Position numbers and translations under genes: made by a program. A model generated the notes under the pieces. It did no database searches. It worked only from the letters and a program-made list of their open reading frames with translations, and was not told where the DNA came from. 64,000 bases of DNA, taken from assembly GCF_009914755.1 (NCBI RefSeq), contig NC_060927.1; one strand, written 5' to 3'. The stretch's first letter is position 1; the number at the start of each line of letters is the position of its first letter. Below, piece by piece: positions 49,548-64,000 of the stretch. This DNA is from the human T2T-CHM13v2.0 reference genome, Homo sapiens.

Positions 49548-52292
49548 GTATGTGACTTTTAAAAACATTTTTGAAAGCTCTTAGGATTTCATTTTTGTTT
49601 TTCAGTGTCCTGAAAGTTTATGATGGCTATTTCACTCATTGTAAGTCAACCCTTTCAATGTGAAAATATTCATATCTTTCAGTTCTTAGAAATTTTATCA
49701 AATTGTTTTGGCAGTGATAGTTTTTCCTTTTTTTAATTTAATTTTTATTTTTAGAGTTTCTCTTATTTAGAGGCCAGACCTCTTGGACTAATAATCTTCT
49801 AATTTTCTCATTTCTTCTTCTTTTTTTCTTTTATTTTCCAGCTCTTTTTAAATTTTAATTTCTGAAAAAATTTCCAAACATTATTTTTCTAATTCTTGTC
49901 ATAGTTTTAATTTTCAACACTTTTATTAAGGGCATTTTGTTCTTTTTCTCTTTTCTAAAATGTATGCAATTTTTCTTCTTGTCTATACTAGGATGTTAGT
50001 AATCATTTTTGTTCACTTTTCTTTCTTTTTTAAAGTTTTCTTCTACTTGCATAGCCTCTGTTGCATAAAAGCTGCTTTTATCTATTTGTTTGTTTTTGTC
50101 TCTTTCTTTGATGCTTTGTGACCCTTGGTTGTTTTCTCATAGTTAAGAATAGGACACTAAAAATGGAGAGGAGTAGTTGGTTGGTGGCTTTACCGCTTGA
50201 TATTCTGTCTGGGCCATTTCATTGGGGGAAGTCCTGGTGTCAATATTTTTATCTTTTTTTGGAGGGAAGTGGCAGGAACTGATGTGATTCCTTACCTCGA
50301 TCTGTGCCTGCTGTCTACCAGCCCAGAGATCCTCTATTTTACACTCCAGAGAATAAACCTGTAGCCTCCAGCAGGAGAGGACAGTTGTTTAGCTGCATGG
50401 ACTTGGCATATAACATGAAGATACTTTCAACCAATCTTCCAGTTTTTGTCCTATCTTCTTCTTTATATCCAGAGCTGTCTGATATCCTCAATTCCTATGC
50501 ATTTAAGGGTTTGCAGCATGAATTCAAATATTTACTTATTTCTTCTGCCCAGTCTTGAGATTTAACTTTCAGAATTTAGCTTTGCTTCTGCTAAGTCAGT
50601 ATCACTCATTCATATTACAGCTTCCAAAATTTTGCAACTGTCATTTTCTTTCCTTTTCCCTTTGTCTTTGGTTGATATGCTTTTTTAGATGGCTCTTTGC
50701 TATGATTTTAATGGAAACCAGAGAGGCAGAGAGAGTAAATATATGTACTCAATCTACCTTCTTTACTGTTAAATTAAAATATGTACATCAAAGGAATCTC
50801 TACATTAAAATTTAGAATTTGTTAACTAATCTAGATATGTCTCATTGAATTCCTTTTCTTATAAGAGTATTGTAATTTTTAACGTTATAATTTCTTCATT
50901 CATTTCTGAGTGGCATATTGAAATTAATAACAGCCTCTGAAAAAAGAGACTATTTCCAATAAATATACATGTTGATTGTAAGAGAGACCTTGGTTTAAGA
51001 AAAATTAAAGGGTAAAATCCTGGAAATATTTGGGCTGAGAAACTATAGTAATTAAATATAAAAAATAAAATTGAGAACTTTTAGCAACAAAGCAAAGGGA
51101 GAAAATGACTTGTAGTAGTTCATTAATAATTTGTCTTATATTTTGACTCTGCTAATAGTAAGAGAAAAATGAATCATCATGGAATTGTACACAATTTCAC
51201 AATTTTACCTGAGGCAAAAGAAAATCTTATTCCATTTTGGCATATCTCCGGAGTAGTGAGTTTGACATTTTCATCCTGATTTCCCTCTGGTCAAACATTT
51301 GAATTTTTTTACTTGTTATCAAGGAAATGTTGTGAAATCTTCTAGATTGTCTTTTATAATCTTTAATTGAGAATTTATTTTTAAGTGTTCTTGTGTCCGG
51401 GCCAATAGAAAAGAACATATTCCAAGAGCTTTCTCGGACAAGAGAAAGGGCATTTGAGGTTTCTGCACATATCCTCTGGATACAGTGAGGCAAAGAATCC
51501 AACTTGGCAAAATTAATTCATGAAGAATTTAATTACACAAATGGCTATTTAAAATGTTTCTTTTCGGGGGTGTTTTGGGATAGGGATGGCACATATGGCT
51601 ACCAACTAGATCTTTTTTTTAGGTGTATTTAGAGACCTGATTTTTAAAAAAGAAGTTGGTCATTACGATTTTTTTCTCGTTTTTTACATTTCTACTGTCT
51701 GACCATGCCCTGAGCCATGAACTCAGCTGATCTGACCATCTCTGGCTTCATGTGGCCAGCACCAAATTAGATTGTGTCCATGTACCCTGGAGTTGATCCT
51801 ATCATTTCTTGCTGTCTGTTGGCCCTTCATATCCTGGTCTGTTCCTGTTCTTGATTCCTGACATCTGGCCTACGCTCCTGCCTGCGATTGTATGCTTGCC
51901 CGATAAATCTGAGGCTGATGTTGCTCCCTTGGTGCTGTCATTTGGCTCTGCTCCTTGTCCCCATTGGCTCTCACTCCTTGTAATGGACTTACCTGGGCCA
52001 GTCCTGCTAACAACCCAGCATGGTTCAGTGTGGCCCCTGAAAACCCATCTCAAGATTAACTTGCCTGTGTGTCTACAAGGTTTGACCTTGTCCTGCCAAG
52101 CAAACTCAGACCATACTGGCAACCAGAGGTGAAGAGTGGTTTCTTGGCTTGCAGAGAAATTTGCTGTGTACTGAATAAAAACCTTTTTGTTCCCTTAAAC
52201 ACAGATGTTAACTCCCTTTGATGCATACTTATAAGCTTTCAATGAGTTCAGTGGTTTCCTATTTAATTTATTATTATTTTTTAAATAACTTA

Positions 52293-52561
52293 TAGTCATC
52301 CCTCAATATGTGGGGGATTGGTTCCAAGACCCCACTCCACAGTATACCAAAATCCACACATCCTCAGGTATCACAGTCAGCCCTGCAGAATCTATGTACA
52401 CAAAAAGTTGGCCTTCTATTTTTCATGTGTTTTGCATCACCTCAATAACGCATTTTTGATCTGAGTTCAATTGAACACAATCCAAAAACAAAAAAGAAAG
52501 AAAAAATCCATCTATAAGTGGATCCATACAGTTCAAACTCATGTTGTTCAAGGGTCAACTG
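52293..52561. mobile_element. MER2/Tigger-type TcMar MITE
   Basis: agtcatccctc...gggggattggttccaagacccc...gttgttcaagggtcaactg. Confidence 0.8.
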
Positions 52562-52658
52562 CACTTTAATTTGAGGAAAGGTTAATCAGATGTCAAATAC
52601 AAGAAATAATTTTCAAGATATAAAATTTTTAAGATATAAAATGCCTTGGAACATGGGC

Positions 52659-52662
<4 letters not shown>

Positions 52663-52700
<38 letters not shown>
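52663..52700. repeat. (CA)n microsatellite
   Basis: Visible directly, about 19 units. Confidence 0.95.
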
Positions 52701-52701
<1 letters not shown>

Positions 52702-52934
52702 CTGAAGGCATATTTGTTGAGGTTTCAATTTTTCATTAAAATATTTTAATTAATTTAAGGCATTCTATTCTTGCAATTTAAATATTAATTGAGGATCCTT
52801 CTTTTAATTTCAAGAATTTTAAGTTACAAAATCTAGAGCCTATATTCAAACATTATATGGAAAAAACTAGGAATTCTAGTCTTAGCTGTGATTCAAACAA
52901 GTTGTGATCATTTTGAACAGGACAATAATGCCAT

Positions 52935-53878
52935 TGTAATCAAATCCAATGCTCATAATCACTCACTGCATGATGTGGTTTGGCTCTATGTCCCCATCCA
53001 AATCTCATGTTGAATTGTAATCCCCAGTGTTTGCGGAGGGATCTGGTGGGAGGTGATTGGGTCACGGGGACAGATTTCCTTCCCCCTTGCTGTTCTTGTG
53101 ATAGTCAGTTCTCATAAGACCTTGTTGTTAAAAAGTGTGTAGCATTTCCCCCTTTGCTCTCACTCTGTCTCCTGCCAGCCATGTGAAGGTGTGCTTACTT
53201 CCCCTATGCCTTCCACTGTGATTGTAACTTTCCTGAGGCCTCCCCAGCCATGCAGAAACTGTGAGTCAATTAAACCTCTTTTCTTCATAAATTATCCAGT
53301 CTCAGGTACTTCTTTATAGCAATGTGAGAATGAACTAATACACCGCATGACAGCCAATACGTACAGAGACAAGGTGTTGGGGCAAGGAAGGCAACTTTAT
53401 TTGGAGAGCCAGCAAACCGAGAAGATGACAAACTAGTGTCCTTAAGCAACATCTTAAGTAAATATGAATTTCAGGAATTTTATTTTCCTTTTATGTTAGG
53501 GGAAGAGGGAGGGCATTAAGATCAATAGACCTATGACCACGGACATCTGGGTGGCAGTGAGGGTCCGAGGAGGTTCTCAATCTTCTTTCTTCTCAATCAG
53601 TTGGCTTTGGATGATGTAAGTCAGGTCACAATGTTCCTATAAATCTTTAGCATAACATTGTTAGTCACATGCATCCTCTCTTATCTCCTCAGGGGGTTAG
53701 TGCTGGGAAAGAAACTATTATTATTCTTGCTTTAAACTATAAATGAAATACCTCTCATAGTTCGCTTTGCCTACATGCAGAGATAAGCAAAAGCAGTTAA
53801 CCTAAAAGAAATGACTGCAGTGATGGGGTTAGGAGCAAAATGAAATTAGTCATGATAGGCCTTCTTTTTACTGTTAAA
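52935..53878 (-). mobile_element. MER4-group ERV1 solo LTR (MER67/MER31-like), split by MSTA
   Basis: tgtaatc...gagagccagcaaaccgagaagatg...tactgttaaa; perfect 4-bp TSD ccat (52931-52934 / 53879-53882). Confidence 0.7.
52971..53342 (+). mobile_element. MSTA/THE1-group MaLR solo LTR
   Basis: tgatgtggtttggctc...gaactaataca; 5-bp flanks ctgca/ccgca. Confidence 0.88.
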
Positions 53879-54830
53879 CCATCTGGCATAATATCTAAGA
53901 GGAAGTGGTTATATTACATAATTTTTAAGGACCCCATTAGTTTTACGGCTCATCCATGTCTATGAATCCAAGTGATGACTCCAATACCTTTATCTCTAGC
54001 TCCTGCCCAACCCTAATAAAATTAAAAAATACATGCAAAGCTATATTTTCATATAACTGAAAATATAATAAATGTAGCTTTATAATATAAATATACCTTT
54101 CTAATACAAAGTAGAAACTCATGTATACATCTATGATTATAGAGATGCCTGTAACAATTACGGTTATACATCTGAGTGTTCTGCTGAAGGGTTAGCAATT
54201 TTGGATAGATGGTAATATAAAGACAAATTATCTTAAATATTTTGTGAAATTTACTTTCCTTTATTTCAGCAAAATCACATATCATTGTTGTAATCAAAAT
54301 TTTCACATAATCTGCATTCTAATGAAGCTAATGAGAAGATAATCTTTCTTGAGTTTTCATTAAATAACATTTTTATTTATTTTAAGTTGGAAAACTATTC
54401 TTTTGAGTCAGTAGCTATTAAAATTGTCAATAAAAGTTCTTAAAGCAATACTTAGATTCAGAAATGAACCAAAAATGTTTCATACCATGTTAAAACATTA
54501 GAATGTGATCAGTTATGACAAATCACTATCACAGATTCTTAAAACTAGTTTAAATTTTCTTATAATGTATATCATGACTTCCACTTTCTTTCAGAGCTCT
54601 CTCTCTCTCTGTGTCTCTGTCTCTCTCTCTTTCTATATATATACAATATATATTTACAATATATATGGTATTTCTTAATTTTTTCATCTTCTGAGTTTTT
54701 CAATACTAGCATATTATAAAGCAAACCAAAAACAATGATACATTCCTCAAGTTTTTCAAAAGTCTCCTCAGTCAAACCCTATGTTGAAAAACACTGGGCA
54801 GAAAATATTTTCATTAGAATTTGCTTTTGA

Positions 54831-55130
54831 GGCCAGGCATGGTGGCTCATGCCTGCAATCCCAGCACTTTGAGTGACCAAGTTGGGAGGAGCACTTGAAG
54901 ACAGAAGGTGGAGATCAGCTTGGGTAACAAGCTAGACCTTGTCTCTAAAACAACAGCAACAATAACAACAACAAAAAAAAAACAAAAGAAAAATAGTAGC
55001 CAGACACAGTGGCGTACTCCTGTAGTTCCAGCTACTCCAGAGGCTGAGGCAGGAGGATTGCTTAAGCTCCCAAGTTTGAAGCTGCAGCGAGCTGTGATTG
55101 CACCACTCTAGCCTTGGTGACAGAGTGAGA

Positions 55131-55162
<32 letters not shown>
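54831..55162 (+). mobile_element. Alu (AluJ-like) with (CAA)n linker and (CA)n tail
   Basis: Dimer from ggccaggcatggtggctc; tail is a CA repeat. Confidence 0.9.
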
Positions 55163-55165
<3 letters not shown>

Positions 55166-55899
55166 AAGTTGTTTTTGAGATTCTTAGACATGAACTTCTT
55201 CTTCCTAGTCAAAATTACAAAAGTTTTTGCTTTTCCCTTAAATTCCAAAGATTTTATTGGAATAGCACTTTGCTGCATTGTTTGAATGTATTTTAACTCT
55301 AAAAATAAAAATAAAAAAATTATATACTTTAAAAAAGTCAATAGCCCATCTTAGATCAGCCTGTTTTTTTTTCCTTTTTGTAAATTTTGCTAACATCTTT
55401 AGTACCAAACAACTTCATAATAAATAACTAAGGCTAGCAAAATATTTCAATTTTTGCCAAAGCGATTTTCTCCATGTTTGGGTACCTTCTGTGATTTTGC
55501 CTAACTCTCATAGTTCATTACCTATTTTATCTATTATAAATCAATTTGCATTTTGTTCATATAAAATCTTGTCTAGTTTCATTTCTATATTGCATCTGAA
55601 GTGGTTATAAAGTCACATTAAACATGTATTTTTATCAGGATGTTCCATATTTTGTCAGATCCAGAAAATATTTCATACAATCTTTGAATTGTACCAAAAA
55701 CTATCATCACTATTGACACGGTTGAGACCTTATTTCCTCAGAACAAATTTAAACCATGTACTATACAAAGCCTAAAGAATGCCTCTGGAGTTTCAGTGAA
55801 ATATTTAGCTCTAACAATTTTTTTATTTAATAAATATGTTAGTGCCATTTTCATAGCTTGCAAGGGTTCGAGGCTATCCAGAGATCTGTGGGAAATACT

Positions 55900-57400
55900 A
55901 AATGGTTTCCATTTTAACCACTAAGTTTTGGGGTGATTTGTTATGCAGCACTACATTGTGGTAATAAATAATTGATATGGAATTTGGTATCCTGAAGCAG
56001 AATTCTGGCATAACAAACCCTTGAAGTACGTGGCACCAGCTTCTGATTCAGGTGACAAGCATAGGCTTTAAAGTGGCAAGGAAACTTAGCAAAGGCTGGA
56101 AGAGAACTAAGGAAACTGCCATAGCAAACTGGAAAAATTGTGTCCCATTAATAGTGACAAAACGTGTAAAACTGTCACCTGTGGTAACTGCAAAAACGAA
56201 AAATGTATTTAAATAAACTTTTTGGATTTGAGCAAGAAGATTTCTACACAAAATATTAAAATGGTCAACTATCTTTTATTAGCTGCAGATGATAAAATGC
56301 TACATAAAACAGATGAGACAGACAAAACACTGGCCACTTTGCAAGCAGAATTTAGAGGGAATAGAGAGGAACTAGGACTTACACGGTTGGAAAAATAAAG
56401 CTATTTATCATCTTCATCTAGTTGAGTCAGTTAAAAATTCATCAAAGTAATATTGGGATTAAGGAAATGATCAAATCAAGCGTGTGGATGAAAGAACTCT
56501 TGTTAAGACCTCTGAAGGAATTAAAGTGGTCCATGGTATACCTCTGAGCCTACAAAAGTCTGCTAGGAATCATAAGGGTCTCATCTCCCAGCTGCCTGAC
56601 CTAATCAAAGTAGCACTGATTGAGTCTAGAGAACAGGGCCTGTTTCAAAAGAATTATGGGTGTTGTGAGATAAAGGAACAAATGTAAGAAGACATGTTTA
56701 CTCATTTCTGCTTGCCAGCATGATTTCACAAAGCCCCTGCCTCTGTAACAATGTGCAGCTCTCTGCAGAAATGCTTTGAACACAAAACAGGATAGAGCAC
56801 GCAGCCCCCCATGTCTCTGGCCTGTGTCACTATATTCCTTAAAAGATAAATGACTCTAGTCCTTGCCTTTCCCTGCAAATAAAAAACATCTCAAGGGGTT
56901 AGTAATTACGCCTCTGTAATCTATAACCAGATATGCTCTTACACTCAAACCTTGATATGATTCTGCCTCAGTGTAACTTCTGAGCAAGTTTAATGTGATT
57001 TCACACATACTGAACCCTCACTACTTGTATATGAGCAGTGGGATGAAATACTGGGCTGCAGCAGTCTGACGGAACTGCTCTAGGGCTACAGAGGCCCCGC
57101 TGGTTAGTCCTCAGTAAGAATTCTGAGTAAAACTAACTTTCATTCTTTAAAAGCTTGATCTTTATTTTTCTGTAGCCAGTGGTGTGAATTTTGCCAAATG
57201 ACATGTATGCTAATCAGATTCACAGGAAAATTACAAAAAAATATTTAGAGACTTCCATGGGTAAAAGTACCACTAACACAGACTAAAACGATGTGAGACT
57301 ACCCAAAATGTATGAAAGTCTTTGGAATCATAACTTTCTTTGTGGAAAACTAAGCTGAAGAATGCACTCAATGAGCACACTTTCCCTTGCTCTCTCATGG
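55900..57400 (+). mobile_element. MLT1 LTR 3' end plus MLT-int fragment, split by an LTR
   Basis: ccactaagttttggggtgatttgttatgcagca followed by ggaatttggtatcctgaag. Confidence 0.65.
56664..57180 (+). mobile_element. ERV solo LTR (LTR47/MER72-like, family uncertain)
   Basis: About 515 bp starting TG, agtaaa polyA-like signal, flanking ggtgt direct repeat. Confidence 0.6.
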
Positions 57401-58059
57401 GAGTTTTGATGAAACAGACCAGTTATGCTAAGGAAAAGGTTATGTTATGGAACAGGTTTTCTGCTTGCATATTGAAGTCATGCAAAAAATGGAGAGAAAA
57501 ACTGAACAAGATGTAAGAAGCTTTAGTAAACAGTAGCCAAATTTGTTAAAGAAATACAGTAGAAGGGAAAAGAAGAGAGTAAGGAAGAGAGAGAGAGAGA
57601 AAGGAGCAGACAGAGTCATGGAATGTGTTTCAAAGAAAAAAGATTTCAGTACATAGCACTGGAGAGTAAGAAGAATGCTGACACAATCTCCTCTCCAGCC
57701 TTTGAGAGGATGGTAGGGGAAATGGTAGGTAAGTTTCAGATTAAAGATGTAGAGAAGCTTGATTGTTAAGTAGTTGTGCATAGGGAGGATAAGTTCCTGT
57801 TTTCATAGAAGTCATGTTTTATTGCTTAATGCCTTGGGATCCTGTCTGGCTGACCATTCGTTCTGTCTATAACATGCCAGTTTGGATAACCATTTCTCTG
57901 GTCATCTTACACAAATGATCGTTGTAAAGTCTTTTAGAAGGAGAGGAAGAGTGGGAATTTCGGTTTGTGAGGAAAATGTTTATTTGTTCAATGTATGAAT
58001 GAAGGAGAATAACAAAAGGTGCGGTAAGGGGAGAAGGAGGATGAAGAGAGTTTTAGGTT

Positions 58060-58589
58060 TGTTGGAAAGTTCAAACATTTCCTCTGAAGGTTCAATAACT
58101 GAGTCTGCTGAAATAAACTGACAATAGACAGGTTAACAGGAAAAAAGCTATACATATTTATTATGTGCACTTGTGCATGGGAGTCACACAAAATATGTGA
58201 CTCAAACAAAGGCCAGATGGTTGAAGCTCAAACACCCTTCCTCTTCATAGGAGAGCTGTAGGCAATGTTAGGGGAAGAGTAAATAAATTTAAGAGAGGTG
58301 AATGGGCCTGAAGAACAGACAGTTGTCCAGGACAAAGTTCTCCTGGCCTCTGGTGTGGTGCCAACTCCAGTCTTCCTTCCTGTGATATGCATCAATTTCC
58401 TTTAGTTGATGAGAATATGTGGGGAAGAAATTTACAGAAGTTGACTATCTTCTGAAAGATCTGGCCTTTAGTTAGACGGAGGAGCCTCAGAAAAAGCCCT
58501 TCCCTTCCCTGCATTTGCTACTTCCCAGATGCTCTCAGTTTGCATACAAAGGGGCATATTATGCAATGATGTTTTCTGAGCCCCCAACA
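58060..58589 (-). mobile_element. MER34/MER39-group solo LTR
   Basis: tgttgg...tgacaatagacaggttaacagg...gttttctgagcccccaaca; flanks ggtt/agtt. Confidence 0.7.
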
Positions 58590-58996
58590 AGTTATGTGAG
58601 TGACCCAAGATCCTTAGCATGTAAGATAAAGTAGCATTAGCTGGCTTTAAGGATTCCATTAGTATCTTTGTGGATAGACTTCCAATCTCTCTGGAAAGAA
58701 GAGATTCTGCTTCTAATACAAGAAGAGTGAGTGGACTGCTTAGTTTCCCTGTGTGCAAATAGTGGCACTCTCCTAGTCTGGGATCGTTATTTGCTACAAA
58801 TGATCTCTTTGTTTATTACTAAGCTTAACATTTCCCCTAAGTTTAATGTTAACTCATCTTCAGTATATTGTCTACATTTTAGAGACATCTTCACAAGTTG
58901 GGGTATAGTTTTTCTTTCTTATTAAAAAAACTCCGTGAGCTGTATTTCATGCCTTGCTGCTTAATCAATTTTAACAGATGCAAAGCAAATATAAAG

Positions 58997-59094
58997 TATA
59001 TATAATATATATATATAATATATATATAATATATATATTATATATATATAATATATATATAATATATATATTATATATATATAATATATATATT
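58997..59094. repeat. Interrupted (TA)n tract, 98 bp of A/T only
   Basis: Visible directly. Confidence 0.95.
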
Positions 59095-59110
59095 GGTACA
59101 ATATGTTTGT

Positions 59111-60185
<1,075 letters not shown>

Positions 60186-61129
60186 AGACAAAAGGAACAT
60201 TCTAGCCAGGCTAGAAGAATAATTCAAGGGAGTAAAAAACAAACAAACAATGAAGCCTCTCAACAGCTATTGATCATGGTATTTTGCCAATATATGTGAA
60301 AGCACAGGCACGTACCTGAAGGCAGAGTGTTTTCTAATAATTGGTGACTGGAAATTCCCTAGCAGTACCACACCTCAAGGTCTGGCTTCACATGCACAGT
60401 GAGAATTCACCAAACAAAACATTTGATTACTGAGAGAGTTTAGAATAAAGATGCTCTAAGAATCTGGAGTACACACGTACTTGCAAAAATGTAATAAACA
60501 CTATACAAAAATTGATATACTAGGAAACAACTATTGGGAGAGTAATTGACATGAATGTTTTAAAAATTTGGAGGTTCTAGAAGAAAATTATTTTGGTTGT
60601 ATTGATAATTTTGTATATCTAGGAAAATTTCTTAATTTATTGCTGAAAGGTATTAACACTACTTTGTAGGATCAAGGTAATTATTAATCAGAGTCAAATA
60701 AAAGAATTTTCTGATGTATAATGTGGTTGTTGAAAAGGTAGGGTTGGGAGCGTTGGAGAGGAGTAGAGGATAGGGGAGGGTATGGGAGAGTAAGAGAGTG
60801 GTCCTCGCCTATCCTGAATTATTTTGAATAGGTTTCAGACTACTTCGAATAGGTTCGATGAATTGTTATTAGCAAGAGGACACCTGCTGGAGAAAAAGAC
60901 TTTACATGGGTTCTTAGGGGGTGGAGCAGTTCCAACGTGATGAAGACAGCCTGGTATCTGTCTGAAATATGGGATTCCCCAGTTGGTCCTTGGGTCATCT
61001 GAGTCACGGAAAAGAGGACTCCAGGCAAATGTCAGATCTGTGTTTATGAGGAGATGGTGTAGTGCTTAGAAGACCAAATCCAATCCAGAGCTAGATGCAA
61101 GTTTTGCAGGGAAAACCCCAACATATGAC

Positions 61130-61632
61130 TGCAGAAGACCAGGATAGGCCACCCCAAAATATGCCTTTTTGGTATATTGATTATTTTGAGCTTGTTACTT
61201 TGAGAAACTGTGGACACAAGAGTGGCTCTTAATAGTTGCCCTTTTGTAAAGAAAATTTTTATCTATAAAGGAAATTTTCATTAATATAGGTATTTGTACC
61301 AGGAAGAAAGCTGTTCCTATGACAACTTTTATCACCTCGGGGCTCTTATTTGCATAACAAGACAACTTTTATTCACCATACATTTCCTCCTCTCACACTC
61401 CCATAATTTGTGGCTACCATCACCCCAGCAGCCCCAAACTCCTATTCCGTCTAACTCAGGGAGCTTTAATCATCTGTTCCTTCTTACAGTCTCATATTTT
61501 TGTGGGTATCCCTGGCATATGTGCATAATTAAAATTATTTTTCTCCCAATGATTTGATTTATGTTAACTTAATTCATAGCCCAGCCAAAGAACCTAAGAA
61601 GGTAGCGATAAGTCATTTTTCCCACCCCTATA
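61130..61632 (+). mobile_element. MER34/MER39-group solo LTR
   Basis: tgcagaagaccaggataggccaccccaaaatatgcc...ttttcccaccccta. Confidence 0.75.
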
Positions 61633-63043
61633 ACGTCTTAGGCAAGATGAATTAGAGCCAATGAAGTGTAAGTTATGATGTTAATTTAATCCCATTTATA
61701 AACACAAACTAATAAGGTCTGGGACTACTCATGTTACAGATCTATAACAAATTATGCATTGCCATAGCCCCCCCCTCCGTCCCACAATCTCTTAAGCAAA
61801 GGGATTAAACTAGGGTGTATATTTCTTCAAATCCACACCAGCTCTTGGAATTTTAGACTCTGTGGTGTGTTGTTTGTTTAAGCTACAAGATGTGTGAGCA
61901 AATTAATCAAAGAAAAAAGTGACCCACATGAGTGCTTTCTTAACAACGTTGACTTCTTGACCAAACATAATTTTAAATTGGATAGCCTCTGAGTCTTCGT
62001 TTACTTGTTGGAAAGTTAAGAGTAACAAAGCTATTTATTGTATTTGTTCCAAGGAAGAAAATGATGAAATTCTTCTTTTCTTTCTAAATTGAGCCAACAT
62101 ATTTCAGAGAGTATACATTCTTTGATAAAATCTGGTTAGCATTTTTGGAAGAATCTGTTTGTTATTTGTTTTCTGTCAAACATATTAGTGCAATTTTGCT
62201 GAAAAACAGCCCACTAATGACAGCCTCGAATCAGAACAACAAGCAGCTTCCCAAGGAGAGTCTTGAAATCATCTTATTACCCCTAAAAGTTTTTGATAAT
62301 TTTTTCTTTAAAACAAAAAACTAAATGTTGTTTCTTGCTAAAGTAAAGGGAGAAAAATCTAATTGTCTGAGGCACATGGGTTAAATAGTTCTCTAAATGA
62401 GAACTTAGTCTACTTCCTTAGGCAGAAACATACTATTTCCTCTTTTTAATCTCTATTATGAAGAATCTAAGAATCCCTAGAAAACCAAATACTCTTCCCT
62501 TTCATCAGGTTCATCTGTACAAAGAGGTGTATAAAGGGATTTATTTAGAATTGCTCATCGATGCAAAATGCTGGTGACTCTTTTGTAAATATAAATATTA
62601 TTTAATAGGGAAACAGTTTTATTCATCTCTATGTAATATGTATATCTATGTAATGAAATAAAATGTGGCTTTAAAAAGAGTAAACAAGATGCATATGTAC
62701 TGACATGGAACGTCCTCTAAGATATCCTGATAAAGAAAGAAACAAGAAGCAAAATAATATATACATCTGTTACCATTTGTAGTTTAAAAATAGGAAGGGG
62801 AGTGGGGAGAGGTATACATATCTCTGGTAACCTGGGGAAGCAGAACCAAAGTATGTGGAAGGCAGAGGAGGAGAAATAATTTTTTCCTTATTATACAATC
62901 TTTTGTGCTGTTTAAATAGTGAAGCATGCTGCAATATTTCTTATTTAAATTACACAAATAAATCATTGAAAATGTAACCCATGTGTATAGCCTTGACGTT
63001 CTTCTGGTCCAAACACATACTTTCAAGACTTATCTTTTTCTTT

Positions 63044-63592
63044 TATCAGAGGCGTTTGAACCAGAGCAACTCCATCTTGAAAAGGGGCTGAGTACAATAA
63101 GGCTGAGCCCTACTGGGCTGCATTCCCAGGAGGATAAGGCATTCTTAGTCACAGAGATAGGAAGTTAGCACAAGATACAAGTCATAAAGACCTTGCTGAT
63201 AAAACAGGTTTGCAGTAAAAAAGCCAGCCCAAACCCACCAAAGCCAAGGTGGGAATGAGAGTGACCTCTGGTCTTCCTCACTGCTGCAGTCCCGCCAGTG
63301 CCTGACAGTTTACAAATGCCACAGCAATGTCAGGAAGTTACCATATATGGTCTAAAAAAGGGGAATATTAATAATCCACCCCTTGTTTAGCATGTCATCA
63401 AGAAATAACCATAAAAATGGGAAACCAGCAGCCCTCGGAGCTGCTCTGCCTATGGAGTAGCCATTCTTTATTCCTTCACTTTCCTAATAAACTTGCTTTC
63501 ACTTAACCCTATGGATTCACCTCAAATTCTTTCTTGCACAAGATCCAAGAACCCTCTCTTGGGTTCTGGATTGGGACCCCTTTCCGGTAACA
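63044..63592 (+). mobile_element. MER41A solo LTR (ERV1)
   Basis: tcagaggcgtttgaaccagagcaactccatcttg...cccctttccggtaaca, 549 bp; lacks the MER41B tandem GAS block. Confidence 0.88.
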
Positions 63593-63629
63593 GTTTTACT
63601 CTAGTATAAAGATGACACATACTGTTCAA

Positions 63630-63780
63630 AGCATCTTAAAGATCACCTGGTCAAACCACCTCATTTTAAGGAAGTACCTTCTAAAGGTACTTCCTCCAAG
63701 AGTGGAAGGTACTTGGCCAGGATTACACAACTTGTTAGTACCAATGTCCAGACTAGAGCCTCAAGCTTCTTAATTCTACA
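63630..63780 (-). mobile_element. MIR SINE with an internal hairpin replacement
   Basis: gatcacctggtcaaaccacctcatttta...acttggccaggattacacaacttgttagt...gactagagcc. Confidence 0.65.
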
Positions 63781-63792
63781 GAAGTGCTCTAC

Positions 63793-64000
63793 TGTGGTGC
63801 CAGACCCCTATTGACTCCAGTAGGGAAGGCACCAATGCACCATGTCCAAGAGCCCAAAGAAGAGACCCAAGTGAATAAGATATAGACTTTATCAAGGACG
63901 TACATACAGGGCAGTCAGGGAGTGGTCGGATGGACAGGAAAAGTGCTACCACTTGTAAAGATCATGGAGTTTATATAAAAATGTTCATTTAACCCCCTCC
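63793..64000 (-). mobile_element. ERVL LTR (MER54/MER73/MER74-like), runs off the window
   Basis: tgccagacccctattgactccagtagggaaggcacc...aagaagagaccc...tacatacaggg. Confidence 0.6.

Noticed and set aside
51802-52132. Overlapping 106/107-aa ORFs in a more GC-rich patch
   Set aside because: No recognisable domain; the patch ends near an aataaa and is probably an ancient LTR that I cannot assign
63044-63592. MER41 as an interferon-inducible STAT1 enhancer
   Set aside because: The tandem TTCCGGGAA/TTCCCGGAA block of MER41B is absent at about 63360-63370; this copy looks like MER41A

Overview
AT-rich primate (human/ape-like) non-coding DNA made mostly of interspersed repeats. I found no host protein-coding gene, RNA gene or CRISPR array, and the longer ORFs that resemble real proteins are decayed transposon frames. 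Main elements: (1) a MER57-type ERV1 provirus (5677-19478) with an env remnant, carrying a rearranged THE1, an AluS, a solo THE1 LTR and a full-length L1PA4/5-like LINE (10514-16650) whose antisense ORF0 is still open; (2) a 5'-truncated older L1PA (21523-25810) and a full-length L1PA7-like LINE (29401-35802); (3) three Arthur1/MER69-type hAT fossils between 20279 and 37602; (4) many solo LTRs, Alus, MIR, CR1 and microsatellites. I see no evidence of a novel gene system. The unexplained structure worth checking is a set of template-switch and DNA-repair scars visible in the sequence: a 4-segment templated insertion at 17575-18061 that copies the proviral 3' LTR/host junction, an inverted and deleted THE1 at 5887-6504, a 26-bp templated insert, a 28-bp micro-inversion in L1 ORF1, a 291-bp local duplication beside a (TA)n tract and a perfect hairpin inside a MIR. 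Two non-repeat motif clusters may be regulatory. Repeat subfamily names are recalled from consensus sequences, not from a database search, and mismatch counts are manual.
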